Source of the DNA: an uncultured Verrucomicrobiae bacterium
GTDB taxonomy: Bacteria; Verrucomicrobiota; Verrucomicrobiia; Opitutales; Opitutaceae
Length of the DNA stretch: 64,000 nt
Direction of reading: 5' to 3'
NCBI GenBank assembly: GCA_963827125.1
Contig: CAWHAC010000015.1
Span: 31,061-95,060, forward strand
The notes under the pieces were generated by a model, which was not told the origin of the DNA, ran no database searches, and was given only the letters and a program-made list of their open reading frames with translations. Position numbers and translations under genes: made by a program. This document shows, one piece after another, positions 26,974-35,883 of this stretch (position 1 is the stretch's first letter; each line of letters starts with the position of its first letter).

Positions 26974-29670
26974 CTACGGGACCACTTGAATCCTGACAGT
27001 CTGGCGGATGTCGGCCGACGATGCGCCGACCATGAGTTCGTAGGCGCCGGGGTCCACGACGTAGGCCTTCAACTGCGTGTTCCAATGCCGGAGGGCGGCG
27101 GCCGGGATTGTCAGCATCGCCATCGCCGACTTTCCCTGCGGCACCGTAATCCGCTGGAACGCGACGAGTCGCTGCCGCGGCAGGCGGGGATCGGCCGGCG
27201 CTGCGCGGCGGGCGTACACCTGCACCACTTCGTCGCCGTCGCAGGCCCCCGTATTGGCGATGTCAACGCTCAACCGCACGGTGTCGCCGGCGCGGATTTC
27301 CGCGCGCCCGGCCTGCGCCGCGCCGTAGCTGAACCGCGTGTAGCTGAGCCCGTGGCCGAATGGAAACAACGGCCGGCCCGGGAAGAAGCGGTAGGTGCGG
27401 TTCGCCATCGAGTAATCCTCAAATCCCGGAAGGTCCGCGGTCGAGCGGTAGAAGGTGACCGGCAGCCGGCCCGAGGGGTTGCAGTCGCCGAAAAGCACGC
27501 GCGCCACGGCAGTCCCGCCGGCCTGTCCCGGGTACCACGCCTGGAGAATCGCCGGCAGGTTTTCGGCCTCCCACGGCATCGCAATCGCGCTCCCGCTGCA
27601 GTTGACGAAGATGACCGGCCGGCCCGTTGCCTGCAGCGCCTTGAGGAGCGCGGTTTGCACGGCGGGCAGCTCGATCCGCGTGCGGTCGCCGCCGCTGAAA
27701 CCATCGAAGTTGACGGACATCTCCTCGCCCTCGAGCTGCGGGCTGATGCCGCCGACGTAGATGATCACGTCCGCAGTCCGGGCAATTCCAAGGGCCGCGT
27801 TGAACGCCGCGGCATGCGCGGCGGGCGAATCCCCCGGCCTCAGCGCGAGCGGGCAGCCGGCCGCGGCGACCACCTGGATCCCCGGTCCGGCCGCCTCCTC
27901 GATCCCCCGCAAAATCGTGACGGGATGCGACGGCGTTCCGTTGTAGTTGCCGAGCAGCATCGGAACAGCGCCGGCATTTGCGCCGATCACCGCCAGGCGC
28001 TTGAGGCGGCCCCGGTCCAGGGGCAGCACGCCGGAGTTCTTCAGCAACACGACCGATTCCCCGGCCGATTTCAGCGCCAGGGCCGCGTGGGCCGGCGACT
28101 CGACCTCCGACATCGGAATCCGTGCGTACGGGACCAGGGAATCAGGGTCAAACATGCCGAGGCGGAAACGCGCCGCCAGGATGTGGCGCAGCGCCTGGTC
28201 GATGTCCTGGATCGTCAGAAGGTCCTTTCTCAACGCCCGGCCCAGCGCGTAGTACTGGTCGCCGCAGTTGAGGTCACAACCGGCCTTGATCGCGCGGGCG
28301 GCCGCCTCCTCGGGCGCCGGTGCGATCCGGTGCGTCGCCCAGATGTCCGAGACGGCGTCGCAGTCGGAGACGACGTGCCCCCGGAATCCCCATTGCTTCC
28401 GCAGCAGTTCCGTCAGCAGCAAGGGGCTCGCGGTCGCCGATTCGCCATAGACCCGGTTGTAGGCGCTCATCACGGCGCCGACGCCGGCTTCGCGGACCGC
28501 GGCTTCAAAATGGGGGAGGTAGCTGTCGTAGAAATCCTGCTCCGACGGCACGGCATTGAAAATGTGGCGCGTGGGCTCGGGCCCGCTGTGGACGGCGAAA
28601 TGCTTCGCGCACGCCAGCGCCTTCGCATAACGCGGGTTGTCCCCCTGCAGGCCGGTGATGAACGCCACGGCCAGACGGCCCGTCAGGAAGGGGTCCTCGC
28701 CATAGGTCTCCTGGCCGCGGCCCCAGCGAGGATCCCGGAAGAGATTGATGTTCGGAGTCCAGAACGTCAGCCCGGAATAGCGGGCGAAAACGCCGTGGCG
28801 CAGGGCGTCGTGATGCTTCGCGCGGGCTTCGGTGGCGATGGCGTCGGCGATCTCGTGGAGCAGCGGCGGGTCCCACATCGCCGCCATCCCGATCGCCTGG
28901 GGAAACGAGGTGGCCGGGCCGGCCCGCGCGACGCCGTGCAGGCACTCGTTCCAATAATCGTAGGCCGGCACGCCGAGGCGGGGGATCGCGGCCGCCGAGT
29001 TGATCATCTGCCCCAGCTTTTCACGGAGCGACATCCGCAGGATCAGATCTTCGATCCGCCGGTCCACCGGTTGCTCCGGATCCCGGAAGACCGGCGGCGC
29101 GCCCACCTCGGGGATCCTGTCCGCGCCGGGCGGCTCGGACGCCTGGAGGCCGGCCGCGGTGATCTCGGCAATCACGCCGCCTGTTGCGCCCCGGATCCGG
29201 ATGGCGCTGAACTGGGCTTCGCCCTTCTGTCCCTCGAAACGGATGACCAGCGGCCAGCCGAAGGGATCGTCCGCGACCTTCAGCGGCGCCCGGAAACGAT
29301 ACGCCCGGGCAAATCCGCCGGCCGCCTTGATGACGTCGAGCCCCTTGACCAGCGGCGTCCAGCCGTCGGAGATGTCCATGAGGCGCTGTCCCCTGACGTG
29401 GACGGCCGTTTCCGCCAGGTCGACCTCCAGCGTGTAATCGCCCGCGGCCAGGCCGACCACCGTCGCCTCGAAGCTCAAACCGTATGCAGTCGTCGAATAC
29501 ACGGCGCCGGGCGCCGCCCCGCCGATCGCGGTTCCGGCGGGAAGGTTCCGGTAGGCGAATTCGCCGGTGAGCAGGATCGCCTTCCGGCAGGAGGAACAGC
29601 CTGGGGCATCCTGGGCGGTCATGGAAATGGAGGACAACAGCGCAACAGCGAGGAAAAAGGGCAGACGCAT
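26974..29670 (-). CDS. Glycoside hydrolase family 3 (beta-glucosidase/beta-xylosidase type) with an N-terminal carbohydrate-binding (malectin-like) domain
   Basis: Signal peptide MRLPFFLAVALLSSISMTAQ. GH3 motifs include LREKLGQM, YDYWNECLHGV, AKHFAVHSGPE and GHVVSDCDAV, followed by a C-terminal GH3/fibronectin-like region. The upstream 163 codons of the ORF are not protein-like. Confidence 0.9.
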   Translation of the reverse strand: MRLPFFLAVALLSSISMTAQDAPGCSSCRKAILLTGEFAYRNLPAGTAIGGAAPGAVYSTTAYGLSFEATVVGLAAGDYTLEVDLAETAVHVRGQRLMDISDGWTPLVKGLDVIKAAGGFARAYRFRAPLKVADDPFGWPLVIRFEGQKGEAQFSAIRIRGATGGVIAEITAAGLQASEPPGADRIPEVGAPPVFRDPEQPVDRRIEDLILRMSLREKLGQMINSAAAIPRLGVPAYDYWNECLHGVARAGPATSFPQAIGMAAMWDPPLLHEIADAIATEARAKHHDALRHGVFARYSGLTFWTPNINLFRDPRWGRGQETYGEDPFLTGRLAVAFITGLQGDNPRYAKALACAKHFAVHSGPEPTRHIFNAVPSEQDFYDSYLPHFEAAVREAGVGAVMSAYNRVYGESATASPLLLTELLRKQWGFRGHVVSDCDAVSDIWATHRIAPAPEEAAARAIKAGCDLNCGDQYYALGRALRKDLLTIQDIDQALRHILAARFRLGMFDPDSLVPYARIPMSEVESPAHAALALKSAGESVVLLKNSGVLPLDRGRLKRLAVIGANAGAVPMLLGNYNGTPSHPVTILRGIEEAAGPGIQVVAAAGCPLALRPGDSPAAHAAAFNAALGIARTADVIIYVGGISPQLEGEEMSVNFDGFSGGDRTRIELPAVQTALLKALQATGRPVIFVNCSGSAIAMPWEAENLPAILQAWYPGQAGGTAVARVLFGDCNPSGRLPVTFYRSTADLPGFEDYSMANRTYRFFPGRPLFPFGHGLSYTRFSYGAAQAGRAEIRAGDTVRLSVDIANTGACDGDEVVQVYARRAAPADPRLPRQRLVAFQRITVPQGKSAMAMLTIPAAALRHWNTQLKAYVVDPGAYELMVGASSADIRQTVRIQVVP

Positions 29671-29875
29671 GGGGTGGGGTGCCTGGCGGGACTGCAGCAG
29701 AACGCTCCTCCAAAGACAAGCGCGGGGCGCCCCGGGGTGCCCGCAGTTTGCGCTGATTGCGCTCCCGCGCCGGGTTCTCCGGAGCTTTCGGCACAGGCGG
29801 GGCTCCGGGTCCCGGCGTCTCCCGGAGACTGATTCCTGACTTGGTTCTTCGGGCGGTTCCTGTTGTTGATGGGAC

Positions 29876-30691
29876 ATGGACCGGGAGATCAGACGACGCA
29901 TCGAGGCCGCCCGACAGGCCGTGACCGCGCAGACCGGACTGCTCCGGCGGGGCTTCCGCCGCGCCCGGAGTTCGTGGAAAGCCGACGGGACGCGCGTCAC
30001 GACCGCGGACCTCGCGATCTCCGGCGCGATCCTGCGCGCACTTGGGGCCCGGTTTCCGGCCGACCAGGGATTCAGCGAGGAGTCGGCGGAGGCGGCCGTG
30101 CCGGTCTCGGTCACCTCGCATTTCTGCTGGGTGCTCGATCCCATCGATGGCACGAACAACTATGCCGCGGGGATTCCGTACTGCGCGATTTCGCTGGCAC
30201 TGCTCGATCAGGGGGTCCCGGTGTATGGGGTGATCTATGATTTCGCGCGCCGGAAGCTGATCGAGGGCGGCCCGGGATCGGGCGCCTTCGATGGAGGGAA
30301 GCCGGCGCATGTGCTGCAGGACCCTCCCCGCGCGGGAAGCCTGGTCGGGCTGCACAGTCCCTACGACAAGGCGATGGTGGCGCAGGCGGGAAAGGTCCTC
30401 GCCCGGTTCAAGATCCGCGCCCTCGGGAGCAGCACGCTCCATCTGGCCTATGTCGGCATCGGCCTTCTTGACGGGGTCGTGGACCACAACGTGCGGGTGT
30501 GGGACATCGCCGCGGCGCACGCCGTCGCGCTCGGGGGCGGAGCGCGGATCCGCTACCTGAGCAACCCTCCCTTCCCGTTGAGGCAATTCGATCCCCGGGC
30601 GCCGCGGATCCACTATTTCGCGGGCAACGCGGAAGTCTGCGCGCGGTTCGAGGAGCTGCTGGCCGTCCGGACGCGCGGTTCCCGCGGTTGA
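29876..30691 (+). CDS. Inositol monophosphatase family protein (SuhB/CysQ-like)
   Basis: Contains KADGTRVTTADLA, EESAE and WVLDPIDGTNNY, the IMPase signature motifs. Confidence 0.85.
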   Translation: MDREIRRRIEAARQAVTAQTGLLRRGFRRARSSWKADGTRVTTADLAISGAILRALGARFPADQGFSEESAEAAVPVSVTSHFCWVLDPIDGTNNYAAGIPYCAISLALLDQGVPVYGVIYDFARRKLIEGGPGSGAFDGGKPAHVLQDPPRAGSLVGLHSPYDKAMVAQAGKVLARFKIRALGSSTLHLAYVGIGLLDGVVDHNVRVWDIAAAHAVALGGGARIRYLSNPPFPLRQFDPRAPRIHYFAGNAEVCARFEELLAVRTRGSRG

Positions 30692-30729
30692 TCGCATCCG
30701 CGGCGGTCGGGGGCGGCGGCGCCCGCCGC

Positions 30730-32088
30730 CTACACCTGATAGGGCTGCAGCGGCGTCGGATCGAGGATCTTCGCCTGCGGGAGCCTCCCGGCCAGGGTTT
30801 TCGCCATCCAGGCGCGCGCCGGGGGGTCGCCGTGGGTCAGCACGATGGCGCGGGGCTGGCATTGCGCGGCGAAGTCAACGAGTTCCTCGCGATCGGCATG
30901 CCCGCTCAATTCGAACCGTTCCACGTGCGCCCTGAGCTTGGTTTTCACGTTGACCTTCCCGAACAGGAAGTCCCCGCCGCTCTTTGCGGCCAGGAGCTGG
31001 CCGCCGGGCGTGTCGGGATCGCAGTAGCCGACAAAGCCGAGGGTGTTCCGCGCGTGGCCCGCGAGGCCCGCGGCGACGATGTAGGAGGGTGTGCGCTCCA
31101 CCACCATCCCGCTGCCGAGAATGTAAAGCGCGCTGGCCTCCGGAAGGCTGCCGGGATCAAGCTTGCGCGGCAGCGGGCGCACCTTGAGATCCTTCAACGT
31201 CTGCCGCGTGAAATTCACCTGTTTGGTCTTCCGCGTCATGTCGTCGTAGTAGTCGCAGAGATCGACGCCCAGCCCCGAAACGTAGACGGGACAGTCGACC
31301 ATCCGGCCGAATTTCCGCGCGTCGTGGATGATCGCGAGAATCTCCTGCATGCGGCCGAGCGCGAAGGCCGGGATGAGCATCGAGCCGCCCCGCTGGATCG
31401 TCTCGTCGATGACGGTGATCAGGCGCGCGACCTCGTGGAGCCGGTCCCTGCCGGGCGGGCGTTCGGCGGCTCCGCGGGTCGTTTCCGTCACCAGGGTGTC
31501 GAACCGGTCGACCGGAAACCGGGCGGCCGGGCAGGTGCGCTGCGCCGCGAAAAGCACATCGCCGGTGAAGAACAGTTTCCGGTGCTTGTAATGGAGCTCG
31601 ACGCCGGCGGCGCCTGCCACGTGGCCCGCCTGATGAAAGATGATCTCAATGTCGTCGTGGGCGCCGTGAAAGCTCTTGGCGTGGCCGTAGGGCAGCGGCG
31701 TAAAGCGGCCGGCGCAGCGGTCAATCTCGTCGTGGGTGAAGAGCGGGTAGTCCGGGATGTTGTCCTCGGCCCGCTGGCGCTCCATCACGCTCGCCGAGTT
31801 GTGCAGCATGCGCTCGATCAGCATGGCGCTGGGCTGGGTCATGATCACCGGGACCTGCGTCTGCTCCCGGAGGAGGACGGGCAGGCTGCCGATGTGGTCC
31901 AGATGACAATGGGTGATGATGATCAGGTCCAGCGCCACGCCCCGGAGCGGGCTGAAGTCGGGCAGTGCGGAACGGCCGGCCTTCTTGGGATGCAGGCCGC
32001 AATCCAGGAGGAGCTTCAGGTCGCCGAGCTGGAGGAAATGGGAATTCGCGCCGATGCCGCCGTCGCGATTGAGGTCGATCAACTTCAT
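30730..32088 (-). CDS. MBL-fold beta-CASP family hydrolase (RNA-metabolising RNase J/CPSF-like)
   Basis: IIITHCHLDHIGSLP carries the HxHxDH motif. Also present are HQAGHVAGAAG, a beta-CASP region (MLIPAFALGRMQE) and the C-terminal ELSGHADREEL...VLTHGD. Start at MKLIDLN; the upstream 30 codons run into the IS end. Confidence 0.85.
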   Translation of the reverse strand: MKLIDLNRDGGIGANSHFLQLGDLKLLLDCGLHPKKAGRSALPDFSPLRGVALDLIIITHCHLDHIGSLPVLLREQTQVPVIMTQPSAMLIERMLHNSASVMERQRAEDNIPDYPLFTHDEIDRCAGRFTPLPYGHAKSFHGAHDDIEIIFHQAGHVAGAAGVELHYKHRKLFFTGDVLFAAQRTCPAARFPVDRFDTLVTETTRGAAERPPGRDRLHEVARLITVIDETIQRGGSMLIPAFALGRMQEILAIIHDARKFGRMVDCPVYVSGLGVDLCDYYDDMTRKTKQVNFTRQTLKDLKVRPLPRKLDPGSLPEASALYILGSGMVVERTPSYIVAAGLAGHARNTLGFVGYCDPDTPGGQLLAAKSGGDFLFGKVNVKTKLRAHVERFELSGHADREELVDFAAQCQPRAIVLTHGDPPARAWMAKTLAGRLPQAKILDPTPLQPYQV

Positions 32089-32135
32089 CGTTGCGCCCAC
32101 TAGAAGGAGCGCATCCGCTCCGCGCAAGCTCCGTC

Positions 32136-33514
32136 CTAGTATGACTTTGTTATGTAGTATCGAACAAAATGTCGTCAAATTTGTGGCCGCAACAGAAGCA
32201 GTAGCCGGTCGCTCTCACTAACCAAGGCCGGATCTTTTGGAGTGTCTGTTCCCAGGTCACACCAGAAGTTTTTTTTAGCGCGCTGGTGGATGGTGAGAAT
32301 GAAGAGGTAGGCCAAGGCACTGAGCACGAGATGGTGATGAAACCCCGTCCAGGATCGGCCTTCAAAGTGGTCGAGGCCCAGATCATCCTTGGAGCGTTGG
32401 AAGTATTGTTCGATGTGCCAGCGACTGCGGCTGAGCTTCAAACAGAGCGCCTTGGTGGGCGGTCGGTTTAGACTGGCCAGGTAATAGTGATACGGCTCGG
32501 CCGAGTCCGCCGGCCAGTCCACCACCAGCCAGAGCTTCTCCAGTTCACCGCCCGCCTTACGCAGGGCGTGTTGCAGCCAAACCGGGCACCAAGCCAAACG
32601 CGTTGAACCGAGCTGACCGTCGGCGGTCTTCCAACGGGCCGGCTTCCAGGCTTGGGGCGGAATGTCGGTGGCGATTTCTGCCAGGGTCCGGGATGCCGGA
32701 GCGTCACGGGCGGGATGTCGGCGAACCCATTTGAGCTGCGTGGGTACTTCAAAGCTCCATCCCTTGTGTTTGGTCGCATCAACTTGCAAAAAGAACTCCA
32801 ACCTCAGTTGGCGCAGACCGGCGCGAAACTCGGCATTATCACCATAGGTCGCATCCCCAAGAATCGGCGCACGGGCGACGTGATCCGCCAGGGCGTCCTT
32901 AATCAGCTGCAACGCGAGCATCGGCTTGGTGACAAAGGTGAGTTCCGTCGGCACCCCAGCGCGTGCGCAACGCGCCGGATCCCCCGTCCAGCTCTCCGGC
33001 AGATAAAGTCGCCCCGCGACTGGCGCCGCCACCCAACCATCACTGACCACCACTTCAACGCTGACCTGGCAGTTCGCCTGCTTTCCGACCGAGCCGCAGT
33101 ATTGATGGGCGACGCCAACCGAATGTTGCCCCTGCTTGAGCCAACCGGTCTCATCGACTACCCAGCTTTCGATCGGCTCCAGATGCGGGACGATCTCACG
33201 GCGGATTGCCGTCCAGACCGCCGCTTCACTCCAGGGACTATCGCTGACAAACTGCTGCAGACTCTGCGCATCCACCCCCAGTCGCTGCGCCATCGGCTCG
33301 ATCGATTTGCGCTGGCCGGGCAGCAGCAATCCATGCACGTAGCGCACCGCCGCCGTCCGCCGCTCGCTGCGGCCGAGCCCTTTGATCGCCGGCTCCAGAA
33401 AGCCCAGCAGTTGATCGGCACTGCGCTGAAAATCCCCGCGGGTCCATTTCATGCCGCCAAGAACGACAGCACGGTGCAGGAAATGCAACCTTTAACTTAA
33501 CGGAGTCATACTAG
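32136..33514 (-). mobile_element. IS701-family insertion sequence, about 1.38 kb, with 17-bp imperfect terminal inverted repeats
   Basis: The left inverted repeat at 32136-32152 (ctagtatgactttgtta) matches the reverse complement of 33498-33514 (ctagtatgactccgtta) at 15 of 17 positions. It encloses one DDE transposase gene. I see no obvious target-site duplication. Confidence 0.85.
32175..33452 (-). CDS. IS701-family DDE transposase
   Basis: MKWTRGDFQRSADQLLGF...VVDETGWLKQG...HQYCGSVGKQANCQV...ILGDATYGDN...SRWHIEQYFQRSKDDLGLDHFEGRSWTGFHHH is the typical IS701/ISXO2-like layout. Confidence 0.9.
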   Translation of the reverse strand: MKWTRGDFQRSADQLLGFLEPAIKGLGRSERRTAAVRYVHGLLLPGQRKSIEPMAQRLGVDAQSLQQFVSDSPWSEAAVWTAIRREIVPHLEPIESWVVDETGWLKQGQHSVGVAHQYCGSVGKQANCQVSVEVVVSDGWVAAPVAGRLYLPESWTGDPARCARAGVPTELTFVTKPMLALQLIKDALADHVARAPILGDATYGDNAEFRAGLRQLRLEFFLQVDATKHKGWSFEVPTQLKWVRRHPARDAPASRTLAEIATDIPPQAWKPARWKTADGQLGSTRLAWCPVWLQHALRKAGGELEKLWLVVDWPADSAEPYHYYLASLNRPPTKALCLKLSRSRWHIEQYFQRSKDDLGLDHFEGRSWTGFHHHLVLSALAYLFILTIHQRAKKNFWCDLGTDTPKDPALVSESDRLLLLLRPQI

Positions 33515-33818
33515 CAGCGTGTCGGACTTCGTCCTCCACGCTGCTGGCGAACACCCGCGCGGGGCGCGCGGCCTTGCGGGAAAGAAACTTGGCTGAGAGG
33601 TGCAGCGGAGCATTGTGGAGCCTCGGCGCCGCCTGCAGGGGCAAGCTCAAACCGTATAGACTCTGGTGCTTTTCGAAGCCCGGCTGCTAGCGTGGTGCCC
33701 GTGCGCTCGCGCCTGTCAGTGGTGAGCGGCCCGCAAGGGTCGCATCCCGTTTGAGAGAGTGCCAACTCTGCGGAGCGCACGGGGCCGCCTGTGGGCGACG
33801 CCACCAACCCACACTGCC
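33515..33818 (+). ncRNA. Candidate IS110 5' leader / bridge-RNA-like non-coding region
   Basis: 304 nt without a credible ORF, directly upstream of the IS110 transposase and co-oriented with it. Hairpins seen: 33512-33544 (9 bp), 33555-33571 (7-bp stem, 3-nt loop), 33726-33743 (7-bp stem with a GCAA tetraloop) and 33757-33770. The assignment is inferential. Confidence 0.25.
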
Positions 33819-35166
33819 ATGCCTCGCAAGCGCAAGACCAAAGTCCAGACCATCCAGCCCGTAATCAACCCCCATGCTGCCGGCGCCGACATCGGAGCCA
33901 GAGAGATCTACGCCGCCGTGCCTTCGGCCCTCACGACCGATCCGGTGCGCTGCTTCCCCACCTTTACCGAGGATCTGCACGCGCTCGTCGCCTGGCTGCA
34001 GTCCTTCGGGATCAAGACCGTCGCGATGGAAGCGACGAGTGTTTATTGGATCCCTCTGGCCGAGATGCTTGAAGAGGTACAAATCGAGGTCTGCTTGGTC
34101 AACCCCCGCCACGTGAAGAACGTGCCCGGCCGCAAGACCGACGTGATGGATTGCCAGTGGCTGCAATACCTCCACTCCGTTGGTCTGTTGCGCGCGGCTT
34201 TCCGTCCGGCGGCCGAGGTGCGCGGCGTGCGCTCTCTCTGGCGCCATCGCGACGCGCTCGTGCGCCAGTGCAGCTGGCATGTCCAGCACGTTCACAAGGC
34301 GCTCGATCAGATGAATCTCCAGGTCCATCACGTGCTCACTGACATCACCGGTCAGACCGGCACCGCCATCGTGGAGGCCATCCTTGCCGGCGAACGCGAT
34401 CCCACCGTGCTGGCCCGACACCGCGATCATCGAGTCAAGGCCACCGAAGCCACCCTGGTCAAGGCGCTCACCGGTGACTATCGCACGGAACATCTCTTCT
34501 GCCTGCGCCAGGCTTTTGAAGGCTACCAGTTCCTGCTCAAACAAATCGCCGAGCTCGATGCTGAACTGGAGCGTCGGCTCGAGCAGCTCGCGCCCGCTGC
34601 CACGCCCGAGACCGTCCCAGCCAAACGCAAAGCCCCTGGCAAGTCCGCGCCAGGCCTTCGACGCTCACAGCCTGCTCGCCCGCCTGCACGGCGTGGACCT
34701 GTGCGCCGTGCCCGGCATCAACGCCGTGACTGCACAGACCCTCTGGAGCGAACTCGGCGGCGACCTTTCCGACTTTCCCTCCGGCAAGCACTTCGGCTCC
34801 TGGCTCGGTCTGTGCCCCGACAACCCTATCAGCGGCGGCCGGATCCTCGCCGCCCGCACCAAGCCCACCACCAATCGTGTCGCCCGTGCCTTGCGCATGG
34901 CGGCCCAGGCCCTCCACCACGCCGACAATGAGCTCGGCGAATACTACCGCCGCCTCCGAGCCAAACTTGGCGGCGCCGCCTCTGTCACTGCCACAGCCCA
35001 CAAACTCGCCCGCATCATCTACGCCCTCATCACCACCCGCAAACCCTACCGCCCTGAGCTCCACGACGCAGCCGGCGAACTTCATCGAGCCCGCACTCTC
35101 GCGCGCATCAAAGCCAAGGCCAAAGATCTGGGATTTCAGCTTGTTCCAACGCCCGCTTCAGCGTGA
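33819..35166 (+). pseudogene. IS110-family (DEDD) transposase interrupted by a single frameshift near 34620-34656
   Basis: The N-terminal part is in frame with 33819 (AAGADIGAREIY, VAMEATSVYW, RKTDVMDCQWL: DEDD residues). The C-terminal Transposase_20-like part continues in the +1 frame (AFDAHSLLARLHGVDLCAVPGINAVTAQTLWSELG...SGGRILAARTKPTTNR). Confidence 0.85.
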
Positions 35167-35306
35167 AGTTTCTTGAAAGAGGAGCCCAGCAGGTGTCGGC
35201 AGTTTCCAGTTTTTCCCGCCTGGCGCCGCCCGAATATTCCCGGGTTCATGACCTGTAGGTGTTCTGTCGACCCCGACATTGCCCCAAATGGCGGAGCCAT
35301 TTGTAA

Positions 35307-35336
35307 GGAGCCTGTCGGCGAAGTCCGACAGGCTCC
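35307..35336 (-). terminator. Perfect 12-bp stem hairpin (GGAGCCTGTCGG-CGAAGT-CCGACAGGCTCC) abutting the apaG stop codon
   Basis: Read directly from the sequence. It sits immediately 3' of apaG on the minus strand and has only a weak T-tract. Its core 12-mer is shared with 33520-33531. Confidence 0.45.
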
Positions 35337-35716
35337 TACGGAATCACCATGTCAAACGGCGCCAGGATGACATGGACATGCCTGCCGAACTCGTCGATCC
35401 CGTGAAAGCTGCCGTGCGCGCGCGCGCAGGCGCCCGTGACGTGATAGCTGTTGTAGGAGAAATGCTCGCCGGGGGCGAGGCGGGGAGTCTCGCCGACGAT
35501 CTTGTCGCCCTCGACCACCAGCCGGCTGCCGTCGGCATGGAGAATCATCCATTTGCGCCCCAGCAGCGTGATGATGCGGTCTGACCCGTTCTTGATCGTG
35601 ATGAAGTAGACGAACGCGTGCGGCGTCTCCGCCGGCAGGCACCGGCCGCCATGATGGTGGACGAGCCGGTCGAGATGGGCCGTGAGGCCGGGCACTTCAA
35701 AAGAAGTCTGCGCCAT
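35336..35716 (-). CDS. apaG: ApaG (DUF525) protein
   Basis: 126 aa. The sequence MAQTSFEVPGL...FVYFITIKNGSDRIITLLGRKWMILHADGSRLVVEGDKIVGETPRLAPGEHFSYNSYHV...GSFHG is canonical ApaG. Confidence 0.9.
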   Translation of the reverse strand: MAQTSFEVPGLTAHLDRLVHHHGGRCLPAETPHAFVYFITIKNGSDRIITLLGRKWMILHADGSRLVVEGDKIVGETPRLAPGEHFSYNSYHVTGACARAHGSFHGIDEFGRHVHVILAPFDMVIP

Positions 35717-35883
35717 GCAGGGAATAGTTCGTAGCGCCCGCGGTCTGAACGGGTCGAAAACCGGAGGCGGCTCAAACAGACTCCAGGATGCCGCGGTTTT
35801 CAAGCGGGGCGCTGCGTCCTTTGGGGCCGGCCCTGTCCCGGCGGGGCGGGCCAGCCGGGCGCGTTTTGCGCCTCGCGCGGCGG

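Larger units (their letters stand above)
33515..35306 (+). mobile_element. IS110-family insertion sequence (outer envelope; exact ends not definable from one copy)
   Basis: Contains a DEDD-type transposase with no terminal inverted repeats, as expected for IS110. It lies between the right inverted repeat of the IS701 element and the apaG terminator hairpin. Confidence 0.5.

Noticed and set aside
30730-32088. MBL-fold protein as a beta-lactamase resistance gene
   Set aside because: It has a beta-CASP insertion and the C-terminal motifs typical of RNA- or DNA-processing hydrolases (RNase J/CPSF type). It has no signal peptide.
18940-32103. Long plus-strand ORFs 18940-21477, 22932-25046, 26863-29832 and 30499-32103
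   Set aside because: They are antisense to the TMTC-like, sedolisin, GH3 and beta-CASP genes. The composition is artefactual and shows no motifs.
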